Under the pieces are notes generated by a model. That model was not told where the DNA came from. It did no database searches and worked only from the letters and a program-made list of their open reading frames with translations. A program made the position numbers and the translations under genes. A DNA stretch of 62,384 nt, filler included, from Choristocarpus tenellus KU-1152 (taxonomy: Eukaryota; Protista; Phaeophyceae), in NCBI GenBank assembly GCA_964200185.2. It is 11 parts of 11 records of this genome, joined end to end, with 100 filler letters (N's around TTAATTAATTAA, not from the genome) between each part and the next. Parts side by side here need not be neighbours in the genome. Positions count along the whole stretch, not along the records: positions 37,507 to 41,406 come from CAXNAD020017251.1; positions 41,507 to 44,035 come from CAXNAD020027029.1; positions 44,136 to 52,363 come from CAXNAD020004971.1; 8 more parts are not named here. One strand, given 5' to 3'. Shown here one piece after another: positions 37,953 to 50,800 of the stretch. Numbering within the stretch: position 1 is the first letter of the stretch; each line of letters opens with the position of its first letter.

Positions 37953-40900
37953 CTGGGTGTGGTCCACTTGGTTCAAGGGGAATATGAGGATGCTGTGGCC
38001 AAGTTTCACCAGGTCTTGATTATGATTCACGATCTTCCTCCTCAGGTGTGTGTCTCTATATATGCATGCATGTATGTATGTATGTGTGTATGTATGTATG
38101 TATGTGTGTATGTATGTGTGTATATGTATGTATGTATGTATGTATGTGTGTGTTTATGTATGTATGTATATGTATGTATGTATGTGTATATATGTGTATG
38201 TGCACGTAATATGTATTATTTATGTATGTATTTATGTCTATTGAGCAGTTAATTGGTTAGGGTTAGGAATAGAACAAGACCATTACTTGTGAGGGGAATG
38301 TTTTTTTGTGGAACCCTCTGTGGTGCAATTTAGCAAACTGTTTACGTGATGGTTTGGAGGTACACCCTACAACTGGGTGTCTATTAATAATACAAAAAGC
38401 ACCACTTCATCTCTCCTCAAGAGGCTATCAATAGTAATATTGCATTGGTTAATTTTGAAGGTCTGATGCTGTTGAAAAGAACATGAATGTTGGAAGAGTG
38501 TTTCCTGCCCTTGGGGTTATATTTTTCTTTTTCCTTTTGTTTCTATGTAATGATTTAACTTCAATGTAACGATTTAGCCTTTTTTTTGTAACCCTCAATA
38601 TCAGCACCACTTTAATTGTAGCTAGTAGTAGTGCTTTCTTCCCCTGTTCAACATCAATTTTATTGAACAACAATTTGATTGGGTTGGTGCGGATACTATG
38701 AATGCACAAGATGATAGTGGATTTGGTTTTTGGTGTTGCCCTTCTGATGTAGGGTTTTTCCTGATACAAACACGCTCTTAAACTGCTGCTGAGAAGAGAA
38801 TGTATTATTATTGTTATTTTTACATTATGTCTTATTGAAGTGATACATGCTATATGATACAGGAGTAAACTGCTTTCAGGTATGGAAATGGTGTGTATTG
38901 CACAGGACCTAACAAGGTCTCAAAAATAATATCTTTAAGGGTTAATAATTCCCCTCCCCCTCCACCCTTCTACATGGCTTCACTCTGTCATATATATTTT
39001 GATGTTTTTGACTGCTGACTACGTACTGACTACCTACTGTCTACCTACTTTTTCCTTTTTTTTGCAGGCCATGGAGACATGGGAGAGCACTCACTTTAAC
39101 CTAGGGCACTGTCACCGGAAGATGGGTCGATTAGACAATGCCCGGTGGTCCTATGAGAAGGCTCTGAGCCTATCCCCAAACCATCCTTCCACACATGCCG
39201 CCCTTGCCTTTGTACACCAGCTTCAGGTACCATTGGTTGTTTTAATAGTGTAGTGATTAATTGCCTTGGGGCCTGGTTCAGTTAAGATATCTGACAGTCG
39301 GTGTGGATTTGTTAGTGTTGATATAACCACAATGGCCTGGTAAAAATGGGTCCGGATGGTCCAGGCAATATATACCAGACTGAGCCTCATAGTGTCTAAA
39401 ATACTTATGGGAATATACTTGTTTTTTTATAAGATCCCTTTAGGTACCTGGTCATAGACCATTTTAACAAGATTGTCCTAAAACAAGACCATGTGAGTCC
39501 TATCCCATCTATCTCTTGAGGGGCCTATGGACTGGCTCGAAGACTCTTCTGGCGACGATCTCTCGCTACCATGGACGGGTCCTGTTAAACGATGTTTCGA
39601 TGGGGCTGACCCATGGCCTGATGTGGTTGAAATCTATTACAGCAATGTGGACTGGTCATGTTATTTATAGGACATACCTTACTGGGGGTGGCCCGTGGCC
39701 TAGTCCCTTCCCATTTACGTGGTCTGGTGAATAGCCCCTGTTGTTTTGATGACGATTTTTGGACCTAATGTGGTTGCCATTGAATTAGGGTTAAGGTTGG
39801 TAATGGCATGGTCTTGGTCAGTCCCGAGGGGGGATTGAGACAGCTCTGTTAGTTTACTGGTGTAATCTGTGAGATATGTTTGTTCTAACTGTTTTTTACC
39901 TGCTTTGTAACTGTACAGTAGAAGAGGTATTGGTTAGAGGTACTGGCACGTGCTAGAATTTAGTACTCATAGTTTTTTTTGTCACAAATAGATGTAGAAA
40001 GGTTCTTTGGGGATATTGGAGTCAGGAGGGTTCCATTGAAGTTCTTGCAAGCGATTTCTCTTCAAGTTGAGTATGTCACCCTATGGTAGGCTCCCTCTCG
40101 CATTCTTGCAGTGAAGAGCAACACTTTGACCTATGGAATGGCCTTTGTCCGACATACGACCAATAGAGTGTAACCGTTCATTGTGATGTTGTTGTGATGA
40201 GTAACTTCTTCACCAATAGAATACCTTGCTCTTGAGTGAATTTTATAAATCGACCAATGGAATGTATGTCTCGTGTAGTAGATATTCCATGTCCTCTGAA
40301 TGTTGGCATTACTTTACTTCTTCCCCTGACCATTGTATGTATGTATGTATGTATGTATGTATGTATGTGTATGTTCTTTTGTCTGACTTGTTTGCTTTTT
40401 TTCACTTCTGTTGGTTGTGTTATTGTGTCTGTCAGAATCGACATGACACCGCCATCCAGGGTTATCACGATGCCCTTGCCCTGAAGCCGGATGATGCCTT
40501 TGCGTCAGACATGCTCAAGAGGGCATTGGAGGTACCTACAAATGTTATATAAGGAAACAATCCTGAGTGTATTGTGGGTGGGTAGATAGCCAGGGCTACA
40601 TTTTCTGTGGGCGGAGGCAGGATAGTATGATAGGATAAATGGGTATGTGCATGATGGAAGTCCTCTTGAATGCGCAGTAACATTTCTTTAATTTCAAGTT
40701 TGTGATTGTCTTGGTGTAGATGAGGGAGGGCAGACTTGAAGGCTGCCTCTTTGTGTGTATACTCCAGAGTACCTGTTGTTGCATTTTGTACAAATGATAC
40801 GCTGAATGGTGGGGTTTTGTATATTTATTGGTGGCGTGTTTTCCGTCTGACCTCAGTTTTTTTTCTCTGCACCTGTTAAATGCTCTAACCGCAACTTTAG

Positions 40901-41406
40901 CCATAGACCTAATATCACCAAGACATTCTAGTATGCAATTAACATCCCAAGAAAGCTGGTCTGATTTCCCACGCAAGTCATTACACATCCATCTCGATTG
41001 TGATTGCCATATACTTGACTGTAACCCCTCTGTCCCCATGCCCCCCAACAGGAGCTGTTTTCCCCTGACAGGGCTTGGGGCGAGGAGGAAGGAATTTCAG
41101 GCTTGATGTTACCCCCCTATCCTCTTCTCCGACCTGTAGGGAAGGGGAAAGGTGGAAAGGGTGGGGTCCAAGCAGGAGAAGCACCAAAAACTCCAGCAAG
41201 CCGGGGACCCAATAAGAGCAGGGTTTCACTGAATGGCACAGGGGTTTCTGGGGGGGGTGTAGGGTCTTCCATTCTAGAGTCTGGGGGTGGGGCGAGGGGG
41301 GCGACCAGGGATGGGTGGGATGGGTGGGGCCGACAGCACAGTTTTGGAGGGGGGGAGAGTATGCATAGAATTGGGGCAGGAGTGTCAGCGTTAGGGTTCG
41401 GGTCTC
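37953..41406 (+). CDS. CDC16: Anaphase-promoting complex subunit 6, C-terminal TPR exons (partial)
   Basis: Exons 37953-38045, 39068-39226, 40436-40531 and probably 41052 to the gap. LGVVHLVQGEYEDAV...WESTHFNLGHCHRK...YEKALSLSP..PSTHAALAFVHQLQ...YHDALALKPDDAFASDMLKRALE matches the APC6 C-terminus. Confidence 0.85.
38060..38235. repeat. (TATG)n/(TG)n microsatellite in an intron
   Basis: Direct inspection; similar tracts at ~24235-24330, ~24770-24880 and ~40335-40372. Confidence 0.95.
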
Positions 41407-41940
41407 NNNNNNNNNNNNNNNNNNNNNNNNNNNNNNNNNNNNNNNNNNNNTTAATTAATTAANNNNNNNNNNNNNNNNNNNNNNNNNNNNNNNNNNNNNN
41501 NNNNNNATGAAAGGGTCTTTTTTTTGGTTTTGGTCCAAAGGGGCACTCTGGTGTAGGCCCCCCCCCCCCCCCCCAGATACTTTGGGTCATCTGGGATGTA
41601 TTGTAGTCTGCCAGGCTTCCGGAATACCGTAAAATCATTACTTTGCGGAGCTAGGGCCCATCTAGTTGGAATATTGGGAGTGTCTTGCATAGATGTCTTG
41701 CATAGTATGCAGTCACGGTAAGGCTGAATGGTCATTATTAACGGTGAAATGCTTACCCCATATGTATGGTATCCAGTGTTGAATTGCCAGAATAATTGCA
41801 AGGTACTCTTTTTGTGTAGCAAACATTTTCTCTGGTAGGAAGAAAGTAAGGTACTACGGTAATCAATGATATCAAATTCCCATCCTTATAATTGTAGGCC
41901 AAGAATGCCCCTGTCCCAACATTTCTGGCATCTACATCTA

Positions 41941-43651
41941 CTACCTTCGTGCCATAAGTCTGTGTCGCGTTCCATAACGTTTGAAGATGTTGATGAAATT
42001 CATTTCTGAAACAATATTTGGAATCCTTGACGAATTTCTGGTGTTAGGGTCAGCTCTTTTATTATTACTCCCCATCCATCACAATTTTATCAGCCACAAA
42101 AAAAGCCTCTATGGCTGCTACCTTTGGCGTGAATCCAAGCTCACCAGACAACTGTCTCTTCCTTACCCCTGTGTGCTCCACACTGAAGTCATTCCTCCCT
42201 TTGTATCTAAGTGCTTGATTGTACGCTACGAAAAGGAACTGTCAAGCCCTCTCAAGTTTGGTTTCATCATACTCCTCATACTGTTTCTTAATGACCTTCA
42301 CCATCTCCTGGACGGACCCAAACCGCTCCCCCATCACTCGGCATTTCAAGGACCTAAGGAAGCACAGGTCCATGATATTGAGGTCGGGGGAGTTAGATGG
42401 CTGCGTCACAAGCCTAATCGACCGCACCTCAGTCTTCTATGCCCCTGAAAAGATTATTATTAGTTGCCCTTGCCCATGTGGGGAGTGGCGTCGTCTTGCT
42501 GAATGACAACATGCTTCCCCCTGCAACCAAAGAATCTTGGTCTTGATTGCAGGCAGTAACTCCTCCTTGTATCACTTCCTGTACCACAAATGGTCTAAAG
42601 TACAGTCCTGCTCATACGCACCCCCCTTTTTATGGTTCTTGCTTGTCCTATCTGCCGTTTTGGCGCACTCACACGCCAAACACCAAGCTTTCCGTTAAAG
42701 CTGTGAGCCGAATCTGGGCGAGCGTTGGCTGCAATGATCATGGTTTGGAGGATATGACTCTTGTACTGCACAGTAAGGGACCCTGGAAGGTCGTTATCAT
42801 CCTCATGCGGAAATATCCTAACACTTTCCCCATCAGCCATCACGTAAAACCAGGTTTAACCCACATGGATCATGTTCACCATGGAGGCATACACACCACG
42901 TTTCCGGTCCACTGGATCGCAAACAAAGTCCATCCTCCATACGTTCTGCCACAATTTCAGCTTGGGTTTGATCCAGCGGTGATTCGGCATGGCCCCCATA
43001 TCATCCAACCACTTGTTTATGGTGCTCGTGCTATAATTCAGTCCCTTGACGGCCATCTTCATTGTCACCTGACGCACTGTGGATGACCAATTATCGGAGT
43101 CAACTCTACTATGTATTGCCGTCATCTTCCTCGGTGTGAGCTCCGAAGGCCGCTCACTACGTGCCGCCACCCCTAAGTCAAGCGTATGGCCATGGGCGAG
43201 CTGATCGGCGACGTCCTTCCAAAGCCCTCGCATGTAACGCTCAGACACTCCAAACTCCGCCGTGAGGGCCGGCCCAATGTGTCGTGGCAGATTATGCTCA
43301 CCAGGGGCCATCACGAGGGCGTGCCGCACTGCAAGTGCAACCCTGGTATTCAGGGACACTTGAGAGCCCTTCCTACGCAGGAGGGTCGAAGGGGAGGTTG
43401 CCATGCCGACGTTCTGACCTCGATGTGCTCAGTTCTGGACTCAAATTCACCGCAAAAGTCCCCTACTTTGATGGCTTGAAGCACCTCGAGTTTGTACCTG
43501 ATGATCCTCGAACCCCACCTTTTCTGAAAGCCGAGATTTTCAACCCGATTTCATTCTGTGGGGTTATCGTCCGATTCGGCGCCGTTCTCGCTCGGCGAGG
43601 CCAGATGTTTCGCAGCCCAAACTCATGGACAAAGAAATCAGGAAAGTGTAG
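41941..43651 (-). mobile_element. Degenerate Tc1/mariner transposon of the plant-type (DD39D/Stowaway-associated) group
   Basis: Transposase from 43404: IKPKL, IHVG*TWFY (cf. IHxDEKWFY), ARP...FNGKLGVW, VIQQDDATPH, QPSNSPDLNIMDL. Left end TA-ctaccttcgtgccataa is Stowaway-like; right TIR is weak (~43625-43651 + TA). Confidence 0.85.
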
Positions 43652-43734
43652 TACTAAAGATTTTGTTAAGATGCTTGGACTTGTTAACAGTAGTCTGTTG
43701 TGGTCGATTCAAATTAGATGCCATATCACTTTTA

Positions 43735-43865
43735 GTGAATCGTGTGATTCTGTGGCAACGTGGTTCATTCAGGCAAGGGTGACAAAGAGAATCGCCGGGC
43801 AAGACGGACCACACGAAATGGACGAACCGTGACCGAGGGTAAGAGGTTAAGGTTGGTCAAGCGTA
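43735..43865 (+). repeat. ~130-bp repeat, inverted homolog of 52690-52820
   Basis: gtgtgattctgtgg...gtggttca(t/c)tcaggcaagggtg...gggcaagacggacca...accgagggta.gaggt is shared. Confidence 0.75.
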
Positions 43866-44227
43866 AACTTAGGTGTGATGAGCAACATCAAAGATGGGGC
43901 TTCATCATCAGTCAAGATGTGAGAACAAAGTGTGTTAAGTTGTCCTTGACGATCTGTTGTCCCACACAACTAGTTATATTATTGATTATTAACTTGTACC
44001 ACAGTTAAGAAGAGAGTGAGATACCTGCACTAGGTNNNNNNNNNNNNNNNNNNNNNNNNNNNNNNNNNNNNNNNNNNNNTTAATTAATTAANNNNNNNNN
44101 NNNNNNNNNNNNNNNNNNNNNNNNNNNNNNNNNNNCATGCCCATGGGTGAACAAAATCAGGGTACCTACTGTATCAGTTGGGTGTGACAGAACGCATAGA
44201 AAAAAAGTATAAATACAATAAAAATAG

Positions 44228-44300
44228 GTTTTCCCCCTAGCACATTTGCAAAATGTCAGAGGGCATTATAATAAAATAATAGTTATTATTAATAGTAATA
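44228..44300 (+). mobile_element. Mini-copy of the CRE-like 3' terminus
   Basis: ggttttccccctagcacatttgcaaaatgtcagagggcattataataaaataat. Confidence 0.7.
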
Positions 44301-44856
44301 GTGGAATACACATCCCCAGAAGTATGGAGAAATTGAATCTTTTGGTGAGCATTGAATAGATACAGATTTACTCTTTGTGATTATATTGGTGATAATAATA
44401 ATAATTTAATCGTCAAATAGTACATGCACCAATTGATATATTATTTATTGACTGTACTTATTTTTATATATTTTGATTTTTTGTTTGGGTGTTTTCATCC
44501 TACACATGTTCATAATCTTCCCTACGTTCAGAGAAAGTGGAGGAAGGAAATAAGGTCATCCTACACCAGACTACATGCCCATGAATCTGTGCAAAGCTGC
44601 GTATGCATGCGCTATGCTGAGTGGAGGTGGGTCCACTAATAGATTTGTGTTGCAGAACAACTATTACATACCCATAGAGTCCACTCTTCGCAATGTGAAC
44701 CTATCGTTGATTGAACAACAGGCTATGTCTTCATTAATCTATACTCGACAACGTCCTCACTTTAGGGGCATTGCTATCTAGGCCCGCTTGTCCGCTTGAA
44801 AATATGTATGCGCTTACCTACATGGTGCCGTGATTCTTTTTCTCTTTCATTTACAG

Positions 44857-47800
44857 CCACGGCTTTTGTCGCCCCTGGGCGTTTCGGCACTGCTCCCGTC
44901 ACTCAGACAAATGGTTACATGTCTAGTACGGTATCTATGGTGTCAGCTGGCCCTGATGTGACTGCTTACCCTTCGGTGGCCAACGATGTTACTGATCTTA
45001 TCGGCAACGTGAGGGACGCCTTAGATGCAAATACCCGACCGTCAAATCGTAGCATTTTGTACTTTTCTCACTTGCGGAATGTCGTACCTATTCTGGTATG
45101 CCTTCTTCGCGCAATTTGATCATTGCTACAGCTTTGGACTTGAATTTGATTGAATAAGCCCTGTTCATGATTTAATCCAGACCTTCAAATCTGAATCCAT
45201 TTGCCCGTCAGACACCTTTGGTAAAACTCAACCGTGTTACGGATGGATGCGTGGCCACCATTTTGGCCAAGCTCGAGTCGATGGAGCCATGCAACTCTGT
45301 CAAGGATCGTATCGGATACAGGTGGGAGGACAGTATCCCCGTCGGACCCTCATGTTTTTGCACGATCCCCTCTAGAAGTGTATGGGATGAGGGAACTGGG
45401 GACTGCAAGTATGTCGCTGCAAGTATATCGGGTTGATTTAACAAGATAAATACTGCTCATAGGAGACCAAGTATTAACTTTGTCATGAGACCAACATCTC
45501 AACAATTCATAGTGGCGAGTTGATTTTGATCGTAGGTGGTGATGACTTCTATTTTGCCTTGGCCGATATGATCAACAGATGATGGTGGACTTTCCATCGG
45601 GCGCCAATTAACGCCATAAGAAATTGAAGCAATATCATAGCAGGTTGAAAATGGACGTCTGTGGACATACTTCCTCCCTTATAATCTGTTCTACCTCGAA
45701 GCCTGGGCTGCAGTTGCTCCAGTGAATAATTTGCTGCCTTGGGATGTCAATATGGCTGCATTTCCATTTACCTTAACTCTGTTTTGGTGCCGTATTTATT
45801 TGAATAACTAAACCATCGTTGCATATTGAGATCTGTCTGTATCTCATCTGTGCATTTTATGGAGATATTATTATGAGTATAGTATTGCTTGCTAGCATTT
45901 CCACTCCTCTTTACATGAAGAAAATCCTCGCCTCAACCAAACGAAAAACCCTTTGTATACAACATGCTTGACTCGACAACAATTAATGGTAATGGGTGGC
46001 AACAACAACAATGCCATGTACATGGGGAACAATAGCATGATCACAGAGGCTGAGAAGAGGGGACAGATCACACCAGGTGTTACAACAATTGTTGAGCCCA
46101 CAAGCGGAAACACTGGAATTGCATGCGCAATGGTTGCAGCTGCGAGAGGCTACGATCTTATCCTCACTATGCCTGACAGCATGTCACTGGAGCGACGTGT
46201 GCTTCTTAAGGCAAGTGCTAGGTAGCTATCGTTGATGGTTCTGATATTTTTACAAAAGCGGCGGAAGGGTGGGATAAAGATGTGCTTTCTCTTTTAATTT
46301 TTGTGGTGTTAGGTGAAAGCTGCAGAAATAAAATTATCTTGACTATGGTGTTTGAAAAGTATCTGTTTTCTTTGACAAGAAGTGGTGTATTTGATTGTTC
46401 ATGGTTGACATTTACATATTTTCCCGGGTTGAAATTTTGTCAAGTTATCTGAGTTTTTCTGTGAGAAAATATTTTTTTGAGTAGTTCCATGTTCCTCTGT
46501 TGATGATGTGACGGTGATGTGGTGCTTAGTATTCTTCTAAGCATGAAAAATTCTGATCTAGTGGAGTGTGCACCTTTACCTGTCCAGGTTTTGGAGGACA
46601 GAATTGCTGGTGCATACAATTCATTCACTTTTATGCTTCAATCAACTTTCACTGTGACTCCCTTCCACAGGCATGGAGCAGTGCTGTAGCACCATTTCTG
46701 TGAGAGGGTGCACCCTTCTTTGTCAGCACCCAAGCAGCAGTTGTGATTATCCCCCCTGATAGCATTTAGTGGTGCTGCACCTCACCCTCCCTTAAGAATT
46801 TGCTTATACCACCACAAACGGTTTCTGCAGGCATTTGGAGCAAAATTGGTGCTGACTCCTGCTGCAAAGGGGATGGGAGGAGCTGTTTCAAAGGCCGAAA
46901 AAATTGTGGCCGATATTGGCGACAAAGCTTTCATGCTGCAGCAGTTCAACAACCCTGATAACCCCAAGGTTGGCTGACACCTAATATCGCTCTTATTTGT
47001 GCTATGATTATGGACTGTTGATTATAAAGCTTACAAATGCTGTTACAAATGAGGGGCCCGTTTATATGTATTCTCCAATCAATCTTAGTTCATACAGGCC
47101 CTACTCCCTTTTCCTTCTCTAACCCACATCGCCTTCTTCCCCAAGATCCGGTCCTCTCACCTATCTGACTTGCTTGAGTGTGTCTTGCACAAGGTCACTA
47201 GAGATGATGTGTCAGACTAGGTGAGAAATGTGTTCATTCAAGGGTTAAGGTTTGATTAATTGACCTTACTGAATGAATGCCCAAATATTGGCATCAGGAG
47301 TATCCAAGGATGTGTGACTGTAAGGCACTTTTCTTCACCCCCTCCGGTTAGTTTTGTATTGTTGTCATTGCATTGGGATCTGTCACCAGTAGGATATGAA
47401 GCGTGTGATCCTAAATGGTTTGCACAGAGTCTCCAATATTTGGGAGCGATATTTTGGTCAAGGGGAAATGAGCAGTAAGACCAAGAGGGAAAAATGTTTT
47501 TTTTTTTAAAGATTGAAATGAATGCGATAACCTATACCCTGTTTGCCTATGCTGTCACATTTTATCAATCGACACCTGGTCGGTGTACCCCCCAAGAAAT
47601 GTTGACCTGTGATCAAAGCGTTTCTTACTTAGTCTGGGGCCTTGGATGGTCTCAACGTTGAGTCTAAGTTTTTGTTGTTGATGTCGCTAATTAGTTAAGC
47701 CTCTCAAGTATATCTTTGCAGTTAGCCAAACATGTTTGATAGTAAGAACACGGAAGAACGTTGAACATATTTACTTAGTTTTGTAAGTTTAAATGCCTTC

Positions 47801-50800
47801 ATGACTTCCCCATAGCCTTACTGGAGAACACAGCGTTTTTTGTATCAGTGAATATCGATATTTTGTGCAACTGTTTTAAGAAGTCTTTTCCACTTCAACC
47901 ACCAGAGAAGTGATGTCTTGCAGTTTGATAGGGCAAGAGCAGGTGGGAGTGGAAGAATAGGGAGTGTAGTTCCAATTGTGAGAGCAAAGTTGGGGCTGTT
48001 TCTTGCCGCTTCCATTAAAGATTCAATTAATGCCGTCTTTTTTTGGATAAAATTACGCCAAAAATATCTGTGCAAAGTGTTCTATGTCATGGTGTGGGAT
48101 CGTTATCAGCAATAGTGGAAGGATCCTAATGCTGAGCAGAAACACTGACTGATCACGCTGTGGACATTGTCGATAGTCCTCAGGCAACAGCAGTCGATCT
48201 ACATACATAGGCGTAAGTTGAATGAGCGTTAGTCCTTTCTCGAGGTCTAGCTGATCCATCTATCTCTTTTTCTTGTGGCAGCACTGCTGTGGCCCAATCA
48301 AAGACAATGAATCAAGACTCTGTTTCGTTTTGTTTTGTAGAGTCCTTCTGCAGTGCTGGAACAGCTTGGCCCTCCCTCAGACAATAAATGATCATTTTTT
48401 TGCGAAACACTGCTGTGCTGTGCAAAACTTCTTTTTTTACTTTTTTGGATGACTGTTTCGGGCTTGCACCCACTAGCAACGAGAAAACAGGGCATAATCT
48501 GTAACTGCCATTGTTGAAAAAAGAGCTGGGTGGTGGGATGGATTGGTGGAAGGTGTCAAGTTTGTGATGTGCCAACAGTTTTGTTTCAGTCTGGCTGTCC
48601 TCCTGACCAAAATAAGGCAAGATTTAAAGTACTGATGGCGTGGTTGGTAGGGATGGGGATGTTTTTGTGCTGCTGTTTGACACCCATCACTTGGGTTTGA
48701 TATGCTTAGGATACCCTGCGTGAAGACAAGCTGGTCAATGGTTGCTCTCTTCTAAGGTGATATCATTTTGATGGGAATTGCATAGTGCCATGATATGGCT
48801 CACATTTCTAACAATGGATACTCTTTGTATAGTTTAATACTTCAAGGGTGAAGTTTATTGAAGAGGAGACCCAACATCAGGGGAAGTATATTGGAGGAGA
48901 CGACTCAAGAAGCGACACTCTAACAATGACCCCCCTTGACCCACTCCAAGTGCCACACACTCTTATGTCCTATCTGTTCCCTTTATCATTCTAGTTTATC
49001 CTTACCATGATCTATGACCCTGCAGTTGATTCAATTCCGTCAGCGTGAGGCACATGGTACAATTTGCCTCATTGTGAGCTCTCCTCTTTCTTTGCCTCTC
49101 AGTTGTTGCCTTGGTACAGTTGATCTCACCATACCCCCCATATTTGTCCCTCTGTGTTCTATATTATGGGTTGCTCTCTATTTCTGTTAACTAATATGTA
49201 TGTTGCTTTGGGTCCTTGTCTACTGTGTGTTTCATTACCTAAAGATCCACCGTGAGACTACTGGACCAGAGTTGTGGGCACAGACGGGGGGTAAGATTGA
49301 TGTGCTGGTATCTGGTGTAGGCACTGGTGGAACCCTCACAGGCTCTTCACAGTTCCTCAAGCCCATGAAGCCTGACCTGAAGGTGTGTCTATGATGGATC
49401 AGTAGTAGTTGTGATGTTGGTGTTGGCGTGTTTAGCTTAATTTATTATTTGCATGATTGGTATGCGATGCCTGTTCCTGAAGGGGTCTGCTTACTTTGTC
49501 ATACTCCTCGATTGGTTGTGCACATTTGTTGCACTCTAGAAAGACTCCTCTTTTCTGACTTCAAGAAATGTCCTGAGTCACGGTATCCTTGACCTGAGGG
49601 GGAAAGAGCTGCGCATTGAATCTGAGTCAGTTGGTTACTTTTCCGATTTGATGCCACTTCTGCACTCTTAACTGGATAGGGAGCGTGGATGGGAAAGATC
49701 ACGTGTACATATTGCCGGTACAATTGCCACTGGCTATATTTTATTGCTTTTGGTCTATTCCCCCCCCCCCCCTGTCTTCACCCTTCCACTTTCTTTTTTA
49801 TGCTATCCTTAGGTTGTTGCTGTTGAGCCTGTAGAGTCTGCCGTATTGTCCGGTGGGAAGCCTGGACCTCACAAGATCCAGGGCATTGGTGCTGGGTTCA
49901 TCCCCGGCAACTGTGACACTTCCCTCATTGATGATGTGAGAGATGAGCACGGGGAAGGGTGTTTGGAACGTGGGCTATAGGTTTAGGAATATCAATTGCA
50001 ATGAATAACACCAAGATATTGTGTGGGAAATGATGTCACCACCACTGTTGATAATTTTGGATGTGAAAGGAGTAAAAGGGGATGGTTGAGGCTTGCATTT
50101 GATTGGTAATATGCCCCTTTATGTTTCCACACTCTGTGCAATGTTGTACCTCAAGGGTAACTTGTGCAGATTTGTTGATCCATGGTAGATACAGTGCGAC
50201 ATTTGCTTGTGCAATATTGCAGACTCCCAAGAATGTGTAGAAAACATGATGTGCTGTGCTGGACACTGTTGTGTTTTGATTCATTTTTGCTGAAGGTGGT
50301 CACTGTGTCATCCGAGGATTCCATGGCCATGGCCAGAGATATGGCCAAGAAGGAAGGGCTGCTGGTTGGCATCTCTTCTGGGTGTGCTGTCCATGTGAGT
50401 GTGCACTCAGAGTTGTGGTGGGGGTGGAGGGGGGTTGTTGTCATATACCAAAGAGGAGTGTTTGGTTGCTTTCCCTTTTAAAAAGAGTTCTGTATATGTG
50501 CAAGCAATGGGGAGTGGTTCCTGGTATGATGCTGCCCAACCTCTGTCAAGTTCCTTGATCGTTCTTGTATCAAGTTTTTTTAGGCAATGCATAATTGAAT
50601 CAGCACCTCAAGTGTATGCACAAAGAGCCCCTGATGATGCATGTTCACAAATTGAATTGAATTGGTAAGAATATTCTGAGTCGGTTTATGTAGGTGACAC
50701 AGAGTTCGAACGTGTACTCACTGCCAAGGGGTGCTCATAGTAATGAAGAAGTGGGCGAAGTGGCTACAGGTACAGCAAAGAAATAAAAAATGAAAATTAT

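Noticed and set aside
38050-38252. ORFs rich in MYVC; also ERERER (29504) and poly-G/P ORFs (31035-31259)
   Set aside because: Translations of microsatellites and low-quality homopolymers.
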